64,000 nt of DNA from Candidatus Falkowbacteria bacterium. GTDB taxonomy: Bacteria > Patescibacteriota > Patescibacteriia > Patescibacteriales > UBA12465. Of this stretch, positions 18,601 through 26,237 are shown piece after piece. How positions within the stretch are numbered: position 1 is the stretch's first letter; the number at the start of each line of letters is the position of its first letter. The translations under genes and the position numbers were made by a program. The DNA is taken from contig JBAXPN010000003.1 in assembly GCA_037132255.1 (NCBI GenBank), positions 2,625 to 66,624 on the forward strand, read 5' to 3'. The notes below the pieces were generated by a model. It saw nothing but the letters and a program-made list of their open reading frames with translations. It was not told the origin of the DNA and did not search any database.

Positions 18601-21477
18601 AATGGACAACAAATAGTTGTGACGAAACATGGCGTCGGGGGCACTGCCTATTCTGGACTTAAAAAAGGAACAACCCCGTATGCCAATGGTATACAACAGG
18701 CAATAGACGTTAGGAACGCAGCGACCCTTCTGGGAAAAACATCGCAAGTACTGGGCGTGACTGTCGTTCACGGAGAAACTGATAACGCTGGTGGCAATGC
18801 CCCTTATTATGAGGGTTATTTGGTAGAGTGGCAGCAGAATTATGAGGCGGATATTAAAGCTATAAATGGTCAAGTCGGGACAATACCTTTATTTACTGAT
18901 CAAATGGATTCCTGGACGACTCAAGGACATGCTACTTCCGGTATTCCGATTGCCCAACTTGCTGCCGCAGAAGATTATCCGGGAAAAATAATTCTCGTTG
19001 GTCCTAAATATTTTTTAACTTATGCAAGTGGACCGCATCTAACTAATACTAGCTATAGATGGTTAGGAGAATACTATGCGAAAGTTATTAAGAAAGTTTA
19101 TTTTGATAAAATTTCCTGGAGACCGCTTTCACCCGACTCCGTTAATTTAATTGGAAACGTAATCTACGCAAAATTTCATGTACCGACTGGGTCGCTCGCT
19201 TTTGATACAACGCTTGTCAAGCAAAAAAGTAACTATGGTTTTGAATATTACGACTCCGCTTCTTCAACTTCAATTAATTCGGTTGAAATTATTAATTCAG
19301 ATACCGTAAAAATAACTCTAAGTAATAGTCCAACCGGAACTAATCAGAGATTGCGTTATGCCTACACTGGAGTAGCATCTTCGGACGCTGGCGCGCAACC
19401 AGATGGTTCACCTCGCGGAAATTTACGGGATACAGATCCAGAAATTTCTCTTTCCGGTAATACTCTTTATGATTGGGCTGTTAATTTTGACAAAGCGATT
19501 GCTTCTACGTCAGATACTAATTTGCCGGTTGTTACTGAATTTAGTTTGCCTGCAACATCCAGCTCTTTGACAGTAAATATTTCTTCATTTAAAGCCACCG
19601 ACGATTATTCGGTTACCGCTTATTTATTAACCGAGTCTTCTTCAACTCCTTTGTTGGGAGATTCTGGTTGGCTACCCGCAGCGCAAACAAATTATACATT
19701 TTCTACCCAAGGAACGAAGACCCTGTATGCTTGGGCGAAAGATGAGGCTGGTAATATCTCAAATGCAATGAGCGCATCAGTTTTAATTTTATTGCCGGCA
19801 ACAAGGTTTACATTTAGTGGCCCAGCATCAGGTTACGTAAATAGTGTTTCGACAAATTTTACAATTACTCCGGATAATTCATATACCGGAACAATTACAA
19901 TCGCCGCATCAGGGTCAGGTAGCACTGGTATGGCAAATATTATTTTAACTTTTGTGAATTCACAAAGTCCTCAAACATTCACAATCACACCTATTAGCGA
20001 AGGAACCGTTATTCTAACGCCAACTAATAGTGGGGGCTTGGCTAACCCATCAAACATAACTTACTCTGCTAACGCAATCCCGCCAGGGGCACCAGCAATC
20101 TCGTCCTTAACCGCAAATAATATAAATTCTAGTGATATAAATATTTCGTGGCTTACTGATACTTTATCATCGAGTAAGCTTGAATATGGCTTAACAAATA
20201 ATTATGGAAATACTACGACTGAAACTGACACCTCTCCTAGAGTAACTCAGCATAGTGTAAATTTGGGCAATTTATCATCTTGTGTTACATATTCTTACCG
20301 TGTACGCTCAAAAAACTCTTTATTAAACGAAACAATAAGCTCTGGTAGCACCTTCACGACTGGCGGCTGCACCGCTTCCTCGACTGTTTCGGAAAATATA
20401 AGCTCTCAAATTGATAAAACGATTGGCGGCACATTAATTTTAGAAGATGTTAATTCGCATGGTTTAACGTTAACAATCCCTGTTGGCTTCGCTACATCCA
20501 GCGCTAATTTTCAAGCTCACCAATTGAATAAAGATACGGTGCTAGAAACTATTTTTACTCCAAGCGGAGTATTCTCAGCCGGCGATTACGTTTATGAATT
20601 AAAAGCCATGTCCGGTATCGCTAATGTCATTTCAGTTTTTGACACCCCGTTAACAATTACAATCGCATATGACGCAAGCGATATTTCCGGTTTAGACGAA
20701 TCAAGTCTTAAAATATATCGCTGGGATAGCGGTGCTTGGACGCAGTTAAACAATTGTACAGTCGATACGAGAGCTAAAATAGCAACTTGCGAAACAAACC
20801 ATTTTTCAACTTTTAGTCTTTTTGGTCAAAAAATAGTAAATAATAGTAATCCCGTTTTGCAAACGGGGAATTCTATGCCGATCTCTTGGACGCTTGCACC
20901 ATTAACTCCGGTTGGTGGATTTCGGGTAAGCGCCGATAGCCCAACCAACAACCATGAAATTAATTTAAATTTTGTTGCGGGCGATGATACTGATAAATTA
21001 GCTATCTCCAATTTTTCCGATTTTAGAAATGCTAGTTTAGAATTATTTACTAAAACTAAAATTTGGGATATCTGTGCCGGATTAGAAGCTTGTAGCTATG
21101 GCTTTCACAATGTTTATGTTAAGTTTTATACTAAATACGGTGTAAGCTCAGATATTGTTAACGCGACGGTTAATTATAAGTCGTCAATGCCGAGTACGAT
21201 AGATAACAACAAGCCAAGCGTTTCTGTGAAAAAAATGCAATTTACTAAAGACTTGAAACAGGGGCAAAAAAATAACGATGTAAAATTATTACAGCAATTT
21301 TTAAATTCCATAAATTATTTGGTTGCTAAATCTGGCGCTGGTTCAAAAGGTAAAGAAACAACTTTTTTTGGTTCGGCGACTAAGGCTGCCTTAATTATAT
21401 TTCAAAAAACTAATAATATAGTGCCCGCCAGTGGTTTGTTTGGACCAATGACCAGAAAATTAGTTAACAGTAAATAG
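15667..21477 (+). CDS. Giant secreted multidomain surface protein: 2 x (ConA/LamG-like + 2 FN3), beta-sandwich repeats, SASA/SGNH-like carbohydrate esterase, further Ig/FN3 domains, C-terminal peptidoglycan-binding domain
   Basis: Signal peptide starts at MYKKNINYIKLIIFSVFFLFAPFSLNA (ATG 15667; the ORF track extends to 15628). FN3 motifs (W..P..GGS.ITDY.I.YK). STGQSLSLG and VVHGETDNAG resemble the sialate-O-acetylesterase GQSN / QGE(S/T)D motifs. The C-terminal NNDVKLLQQFLN..GPMTRKLV resembles PG_binding_1. Confidence 0.75.
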   Translation: MYKKNINYIKLIIFSVFFLFAPFSLNAATSLTDDFTGTTINTGKWTEYDTGGIGGTAGNVQQNDVLTITGDGSWNHNGLKSVQTFDRTYGDVTIEGDWQLKNSCATDSAPSVAVMYGDWVNGIQQSGTLSLIYFSGKFALYNSSTTYNLATQITCVANTTIHYKFVIRQVGGVDVYLNGSATPNGSLTIAQAPNTFTNKYILLQQKSNTIPANGNSTITLDNLLVATSDAPAAPANLTTTPASGQVALSWTAPANGGSTITDYIIQYKLSSEPSVWATFADGTSAATTTIISGLSNGLSYDFRVSAINGIGTGSFSSVVSSIPNLYVPSAPPGLIASFNSNNRINLLWTTPITDGGANITDYLVEYKLTSEPTVWTTFVDGVSTSTTSVVTGLTGGATYNFRVSAINSVGTSSNSNIVTKKAGAYLLYDDFTGTTIDTNKWIEYDSVASGGTAGKVQQNNALSMIGTSNWTTNALKSVQTFDRSIGDIVIETDWTISDCSSVTAVGGISYGDWVTNGTVANNTLMLQFSNGTFKLFHWPSAISSSASCTSGVPIHIKEVIYKAGGMDVFLNGSSTASVSLSVINAPSTFNNQPISFQQFNALNSFFDNLTVSNTGYTIPDKTVGLLSTPRDNSVELSWTTPANGGSAITDYLIQYKLSSEPSAWITFVHDASSSSAAFVTGLTNGQSYDFKVSALNINGIGTSSDITTAVPVSSVPSAPRSLLATNTISSQINLSWNVPITNGGASISDYLIEYKLSSEPTVWTTFPDGVSLASSTIVTGLTNGLYYDFRVSAINSYGVGTNSSIVTKAAVNPTSVPPVASSVAIVGQSHVSEYLLGSYVYSDENANPEGLTTYRWLRANTLGGAYSPVSGATNINYTVSTDDLNKYLKLEITPVSTVTPFTGTPVLSNAIGPISAPTYIYHILSTGQSLSLGVAGTPTLSTSQPYNNKMLNGTNFTALVEGSAETPASAMGNGITFVNGQQIVVTKHGVGGTAYSGLKKGTTPYANGIQQAIDVRNAATLLGKTSQVLGVTVVHGETDNAGGNAPYYEGYLVEWQQNYEADIKAINGQVGTIPLFTDQMDSWTTQGHATSGIPIAQLAAAEDYPGKIILVGPKYFLTYASGPHLTNTSYRWLGEYYAKVIKKVYFDKISWRPLSPDSVNLIGNVIYAKFHVPTGSLAFDTTLVKQKSNYGFEYYDSASSTSINSVEIINSDTVKITLSNSPTGTNQRLRYAYTGVASSDAGAQPDGSPRGNLRDTDPEISLSGNTLYDWAVNFDKAIASTSDTNLPVVTEFSLPATSSSLTVNISSFKATDDYSVTAYLLTESSSTPLLGDSGWLPAAQTNYTFSTQGTKTLYAWAKDEAGNISNAMSASVLILLPATRFTFSGPASGYVNSVSTNFTITPDNSYTGTITIAASGSGSTGMANIILTFVNSQSPQTFTITPISEGTVILTPTNSGGLANPSNITYSANAIPPGAPAISSLTANNINSSDINISWLTDTLSSSKLEYGLTNNYGNTTTETDTSPRVTQHSVNLGNLSSCVTYSYRVRSKNSLLNETISSGSTFTTGGCTASSTVSENISSQIDKTIGGTLILEDVNSHGLTLTIPVGFATSSANFQAHQLNKDTVLETIFTPSGVFSAGDYVYELKAMSGIANVISVFDTPLTITIAYDASDISGLDESSLKIYRWDSGAWTQLNNCTVDTRAKIATCETNHFSTFSLFGQKIVNNSNPVLQTGNSMPISWTLAPLTPVGGFRVSADSPTNNHEINLNFVAGDDTDKLAISNFSDFRNASLELFTKTKIWDICAGLEACSYGFHNVYVKFYTKYGVSSDIVNATVNYKSSMPSTIDNNKPSVSVKKMQFTKDLKQGQKNNDVKLLQQFLNSINYLVAKSGAGSKGKETTFFGSATKAALIIFQKTNNIVPASGLFGPMTRKLVNSK
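15757..18117 (+). repeat. Intragenic tandem duplication of a ~396-codon module (lectin-like domain + 2 FN3), period 1188 nt
   Basis: The DDFTGTTI(N/D)T.KW.EYD motif recurs at 15763 and 16951. FN3 segments are visibly similar at nucleotide level (for example ~16444 versus ~17608). Confidence 0.8.
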
Positions 21478-21514
21478 AAGTTTCTTAACTATTTCTTAAT
21501 TAAATAAAAATAAT

Positions 21515-21913
21515 ATGTTTATCAAGCTTTATTTAATTGCTTTGCCGGTATTTTTAGCTATTGATATGTTTTGGCTCGGGCTAGTTGCGAAAGGTTTCTA
21601 TGCTAAACAACTTGGTTATCTAATGAAAACGAATGTTAGCTGGGTGCCGGCCATATTATTTTATTTGCTTTTTATTGTTGGCCTTGTAGTCTTTGTTATT
21701 ATTCCTGCGCTTGATAAAAATTCATGGAAGGAAGCCCTAGTATTGGGAGCACTATTCGGTTTGATTACTTATGCGACTTATGATTTAACTAATCTGGCGA
21801 CAGTAAAAAGTTGGCCTCTATTAGTTACCTGTATTGATTTACTTTGGGGCGCAGTTTTGTCGGCGGCGGTTTCTATAATTACCTACTTAATCGCAACTAA
21901 AATTGGCTTATGA
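21515..21913 (+). CDS. Small 4-TM membrane protein (DUF2177-like)
   Basis: 132 aa. The N-terminal LAIDMFWLGLVAKGFY pattern is recalled from DUF2177. Overlaps the next gene by 4 nt. Confidence 0.5.
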   Translation: MFIKLYLIALPVFLAIDMFWLGLVAKGFYAKQLGYLMKTNVSWVPAILFYLLFIVGLVVFVIIPALDKNSWKEALVLGALFGLITYATYDLTNLATVKSWPLLVTCIDLLWGAVLSAAVSIITYLIATKIGL

Positions 21914-22689
21914 ATTACTATCTAATACTCGCCCTCATTCTTTTTGTCTACATGAGTTGTTGGTTTATTATTTCTATCCTTAGAAAAAGAAATGATATTG
22001 CTGATGTTGCCTGGGGTCTTGGTTTTGTAATTTTAACTTGGTCATCTTTTTTTATCGCAGAAAATTATAGCATTCGCAGTCTACTCGTAAATAGTTTGGT
22101 TAGTATTTGGGGTTTTCGTTTAGCCTGGCATATCTATACTCGTAATAAAGGGAAGGCAGAAGACTATCGATATTTAGCCTGGAGGAAAGAATGGGGAAAG
22201 TGGTTTTATCTGCGTTCATATTTTCAGGTCTATCTTTTACAAGGAATATTTTTATTCTTAATCGTCTCACCAGTTTTATTTATCAATCATAATATAGGTC
22301 AGCAATTTAATTTTTTTGATGGGCTTGGTCTTCTCATTTGGCTAACAGGTTTTTTCTTCGAAGTTGTCGGGGATGCGCAGCTGGCAAGTTTTATTAGTAA
22401 CCCTACCAATAAGGGGAAATTAATGCAGACTGGTTTATGGAAATATAGTCGTCATCCTAATTATTTTGGAGAGGTGACACAGTGGTGGGGCTTGTGGTTA
22501 GTCACCTGCAGTCTTCCTGGCGCTTACTTAAGTATCATTGGGCCTTTAACAATAACATTCCTTATCCTAAAAGTTTCTGGAGTACCTTTGCTCGAAAAGA
22601 AAATGGCGGAAAATTTGGCTTTTGCAGAATATAAAAAAAGAACGAGTGTTTTCTTTCCGCTACCACCATGTATAATGCGCTCTAGTTAG
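21910..22689 (+). CDS. DUF1295 / steroid-5-alpha-reductase-like membrane protein
   Basis: YSRHPNYFGE motif and a multi-TM architecture. Confidence 0.7.
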   Translation: MNYYLILALILFVYMSCWFIISILRKRNDIADVAWGLGFVILTWSSFFIAENYSIRSLLVNSLVSIWGFRLAWHIYTRNKGKAEDYRYLAWRKEWGKWFYLRSYFQVYLLQGIFLFLIVSPVLFINHNIGQQFNFFDGLGLLIWLTGFFFEVVGDAQLASFISNPTNKGKLMQTGLWKYSRHPNYFGEVTQWWGLWLVTCSLPGAYLSIIGPLTITFLILKVSGVPLLEKKMAENLAFAEYKKRTSVFFPLPPCIMRSS

Positions 22690-22748
22690 GAACCATCTGC
22701 GGACAGTTTATTAAATAGCAATAAAATTAGGATCTAAGCTCAAATATA

Positions 22749-22776
22749 ACTAGTGCCGAATAGGCACTAGTTTTTA
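22749..22776 (+). terminator. Intrinsic terminator
   Basis: ACTAGTGCC-GAATA-GGCACTAGT followed by TTTTT. Confidence 0.8.
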
Positions 22777-22816
22777 ATTTGTATAAATAAGTTCTTGCAC
22801 TCATCAGCTTCTAGCA

Positions 22817-22846
22817 TTGACAGTATCAGAGATATTATGCTATATT
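22817..22846 (+). promoter_or_regulatory. Strong sigma70-like promoter TTGACA-18-(TGc)TATATT
   Basis: Consensus -35 and a TG-extended -10, lying between two terminators. Confidence 0.6.
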
Positions 22847-22852
22847 ATTTGT

Positions 22853-23226
22853 TCCTTTAACAATTAAACAAATAAAAAATAATAAATAATGAATTTAACA
22901 GTCTTTAAAATTCACGAAGGTCTCCGTGCCCTAAAAGTTACGGTATTACATCGTCAGGGTGGCCGCTGGTATAGCGCGGAAATCAGTCTTCTCTGTCACG
23001 GACTTATGACCGAGGTCAGTTCTCACCCCAGTTTCCCGGGATATCTTGTCCTTTTCGGACATTATACAAAGGAAGAAACTCTGGCAGCAATTATGGGCGG
23101 ACAAGCCTATTCCGCAACCCCACTTATTGGAGTCGAGGATCGCCGCTTGCCCTTTAGACCGGGCTTTATTTAAGTCTAAAAAACAAAAATCAAATTCACG
23201 CCGCTCTAACAATCAGCGGCTTTTTT
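22853..23226 (+). ncRNA. Candidate structured RNA of unknown class (alternative: compositionally foreign 94-aa ORF at 22889..23173)
   Basis: Own promoter and own terminator. A GC-rich core (about 22912-23165) sits in an AT-rich genome. Long ORFs are open in two + frames and one - frame over the same bases. Several hairpins and mutually exclusive pairings are present. Confidence 0.4.
23200..23226 (+). terminator. Intrinsic terminator closing the GC-rich locus
   Basis: GCCGCT-9 nt loop-AGCGGC followed by TTTTTT. Confidence 0.8.
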
Positions 23227-23250
23227 ATTCTTAAAATGTCGTTTTTGGGC

Positions 23251-23256
23251 TATAAT
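23251..23256 (+). promoter_or_regulatory. TATAAT -10 box, 7 nt upstream of the ATG at 23264
   Basis: Direct reading; leaderless geometry. Confidence 0.45.
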
Positions 23257-23263
23257 TATAGAT

Positions 23264-23845
23264 ATGAAATTCATTTCTCAGGTTTACGAAAAACAAGCAT
23301 TTAAAAATATTTCCTGCGTCGGGCAAAATATGTCTGACAAGGATTTTTCTGACTGCAGTTTCGAAAAATGTGATTTTAGTGAATGCAATTTTTCGAATAC
23401 ATCTTTCAACTCGTGTTCGTTTTTCGGTTGCAACCTGACAAACATGAAAGTTAATAATTGCAGTTTTCAAGGAGTTCTTTTTGAAAAAAGTAAATTGCTA
23501 GGAACGCGATTTTCAACTCTCGATTCTTTATTAATTGGATGGACTTTTAAAAGTTGTGTAATTACAATTTGTGACTTTGGTGATTTAAGTATTAAGGATA
23601 GTAAATTTATTGATTGCGACATAAGGGAGGCAGATTTCATAAATACAAATTTAAGCGGCTCAGATTTTTCTGGTTCGAGTTTAAGTTTATGTAAATTTCA
23701 TAATACAAATTTAGAAAAGGTAAATTTTATTGGTGCTCGAGATTATTATATAAATCCAGTTGATAATAAGTTAAAAGGTTCTCGTTTTTCTTATCCTGAA
23801 GTTTTATCCTTGTTGGATGGTTTTGGCGTTAAAGTTGAATTTTAA
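23264..23845 (+). CDS. Pentapeptide-repeat protein
   Basis: Runs of A(D/N)LxX-type repeats: FSDCSFEKCDFSECNFSNTSFNSCSFFGCNLTNMKV. Confidence 0.85.
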   Translation: MKFISQVYEKQAFKNISCVGQNMSDKDFSDCSFEKCDFSECNFSNTSFNSCSFFGCNLTNMKVNNCSFQGVLFEKSKLLGTRFSTLDSLLIGWTFKSCVITICDFGDLSIKDSKFIDCDIREADFINTNLSGSDFSGSSLSLCKFHNTNLEKVNFIGARDYYINPVDNKLKGSRFSYPEVLSLLDGFGVKVEF

Positions 23846-23885
23846 ATAGTGTATTTTTAGATAATAAATTTTTATAATATTTTGT

Positions 23886-26237
23886 ATGAAAAATAGAAAA
23901 ATTAGTTTAATTATTTTTGCTTTTATTCTTATTTCTGTGGCGACGATTTCTGGAGCTTATTGGTTCCTTCATCCTTCTCGAGTTAAAGAAGCGGCAACGG
24001 CCAGTAACGACGTATCTCAAATTAAGATTGAGCCTAACGAGCCTAATATTGGCTTTACTCCAAGCTATCAGGAAGAACGCACTCCGCTGGCTGAGGTTTC
24101 TAATTATTTAGCCCTTAAAACAAAGTATGGGCTAGCGCTTTCTGTAGCCCAGGAGAAATATCTAAATGACAATCGCTTTTTACTAATTGATTTTAATCAG
24201 GTCCCATTTTTAAAGGAGGGAATTAATTTTGATCAGTGGTTAGCGTCTTATGATTCTCTTGGCGGTGGTTCAATTTACGACCGAAAGCCGGAAGACTCTT
24301 TATTAATTAATTCTGATATTGTTTTACATGCCTATCATAAATATTTTGAATTAACACTTGAACAGTTAGAGCAGAACGAACTTAATTCTTCGCTTGGCGA
24401 ATTTCTATCCGCTCTTCATTCTAATTTAGCTGCGGCCGCTGCAAAAAGTAACGGCGAGCTAAAAACACGCTACCAGAATTTAGAAGCACAAATAGTTTTA
24501 GCTCGAGTTTTGTATGATAATAAAAATTCTGCTAAACCATCTTATTTTTCAAATCCTGAAGAAGAGCAAAAATATTATGAACAAGATAAAAGCGTAGATT
24601 CCCTGGAGAACGCCGAAAAGATATTATCAAAATATTCAAACGATTTGCCAAGTAGTCTCGTTGAGGGTATAAAAATAGATTTGGCTGGTATTTATGCGGC
24701 GAAAGAAATTGGCGCCTCACCTCTTTTTAAACAATACGATGACCAGATTAAAACCGACTATACCCAATTTACGCCACGTAGCCACTATGCAAAGAATTCA
24801 TTCCTAAGATCATATTTTAGAACGATGATGTATCTTGGGAGAAGTAGTTATTTACTTAAGAGTGATCTCGGGATTATAGATGCTAATTTATTAGTAAAAC
24901 AAATGAGTCTTAAAAATGGAAATCCTGCAGCCCCATTTGATTTTTGGCAAAGAATTACAAATGTAACCAATTTTTACGCCGGACAAAGCGATGATTTGTC
25001 TTATAAAGAATGGCTTGAGTTTGAGAAGGGTGTACTTGGCTCAGATATTAGTTCCGATGAAACCCTAATTGCTCCGGAGAATGTAAAAAAGTTAGCCGAG
25101 AATATCGATAAACTACGAATGCCGAAAATATTGTCTGACGTAATTATTGATGAAAATATTGCTTCGAAAACTAAAGCCGATTTATTACGTCAGTCTCTTT
25201 CGTTCCGCGTTTTTGGGCAAAAGTTTTCTTTTGATGCTTGGATATTAAATGACTTAACAGCCGGTCAAGAAAAAACAGAAGTTAAACTTCCTTCAACCCC
25301 GTCTGCTTTATTTGTGCCCGCTGCCTTTAACGATACCAGAGCGATCGAACATGTAAAGAATTTTCTTCTTAATGAAAGTGGCTTTAATTCGGGCGATGTT
25401 AGCAGCTTTTTAACGAAAATGGATTTAAAAAAGAAGGATATTACGAAAGTCAAAGAGAAAGAATGGTTTGAATCTCTCGGTAGCTCGTGGCTCTATGTGC
25501 TTGGTTCATTAGCGCATAATTATGGCAGTCACTATCCTTTATATATGCAGGCCCCCTCATACCTCGATAAACAAATCCAAACCTTCTTGGGTTCATTTGC
25601 CGAACTTAAACATGACACCCTTCTATACGTAAAACAAAGTTATGCCGAGCTTGGAGCGGGCGGAGAAGAGCGGCCGATTCCGCCAATTGTTAAAAGTTTT
25701 GTTGAGCCGAATTTAGAATTTTGGAATAGGTTTAATAAATTATTAAACCGCACGGATGAGCTTTATAGAGATAATAATTTATTCAAGGATAACGAGGCAT
25801 ATGATCGCTTGCGTCAGTTCAAGGATATGTCTCAACTCTTTACTAAAATGGCTGAGAAGGAATTACGCAGCGAAGTGATAACTGATGATGAATACGAATC
25901 TCTAAGAACAACTAAATTCTCATTCATGGCTCAACCTTTTAGTCCCTTGAATCCAGATGAGGACTCAGGTAAAACTGCCTTAATAGCTGATATTCATACT
26001 GATATGCTCCAGTCGCAAATTCTTTACGAAGCAACTTCCAAGCCTTATTTCATGATAGCTCTTGTCGGCAACGAAAGCTCACCACGCGCAGTCGCTGGCC
26101 TAGTTTATAACCACTATGAGCTCACCGATAAGATCGGAAAGCGCTTAACGGATGAAGATTGGAAAAATAGAGTTTATTCGGATACTAGTTTATTGCCGCA
26201 GAAAAATTTTTGGTATCAGTCTCTAATTATTAAATGA
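23886..26237 (+). CDS. Membrane-anchored DUF3160-like protein
   Basis: N-terminal TM helix. FTPRSHYAKNSFLRSYFRTMMYLGR resembles the conserved DUF3160 PRGHY..YFRAMMWLG block (recalled from memory). Confidence 0.5.
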   Translation: MKNRKISLIIFAFILISVATISGAYWFLHPSRVKEAATASNDVSQIKIEPNEPNIGFTPSYQEERTPLAEVSNYLALKTKYGLALSVAQEKYLNDNRFLLIDFNQVPFLKEGINFDQWLASYDSLGGGSIYDRKPEDSLLINSDIVLHAYHKYFELTLEQLEQNELNSSLGEFLSALHSNLAAAAAKSNGELKTRYQNLEAQIVLARVLYDNKNSAKPSYFSNPEEEQKYYEQDKSVDSLENAEKILSKYSNDLPSSLVEGIKIDLAGIYAAKEIGASPLFKQYDDQIKTDYTQFTPRSHYAKNSFLRSYFRTMMYLGRSSYLLKSDLGIIDANLLVKQMSLKNGNPAAPFDFWQRITNVTNFYAGQSDDLSYKEWLEFEKGVLGSDISSDETLIAPENVKKLAENIDKLRMPKILSDVIIDENIASKTKADLLRQSLSFRVFGQKFSFDAWILNDLTAGQEKTEVKLPSTPSALFVPAAFNDTRAIEHVKNFLLNESGFNSGDVSSFLTKMDLKKKDITKVKEKEWFESLGSSWLYVLGSLAHNYGSHYPLYMQAPSYLDKQIQTFLGSFAELKHDTLLYVKQSYAELGAGGEERPIPPIVKSFVEPNLEFWNRFNKLLNRTDELYRDNNLFKDNEAYDRLRQFKDMSQLFTKMAEKELRSEVITDDEYESLRTTKFSFMAQPFSPLNPDEDSGKTALIADIHTDMLQSQILYEATSKPYFMIALVGNESSPRAVAGLVYNHYELTDKIGKRLTDEDWKNRVYSDTSLLPQKNFWYQSLIIK

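Noticed and set aside
22889-23234. Three overlapping track ORFs (94 aa +, 62 aa +, 88 aa -) taken as protein-coding genes, and separately an RNase P / tmRNA / SRP / 6S identity for the locus.
   Set aside because: Simultaneous openness of several frames over one GC-rich island is better explained by base composition than by three genes. The 94-aa ORF is kept only as an alternative. Partial resemblances exist (CAGGGTGG..GGTAT.. versus the RNase P P7-P9 region; AGACCGGGCTTTA versus the P4 3' strand; AAAGCCCGGTCTAAAGGGCA on the minus strand versus CR-I). They did not yield a consistent P4 pairing. There is no tmRNA 5' GGGG / 3' T-arm-CCA and no SRP GGAAGCAGC helix-8 motif, so no known class is assigned.
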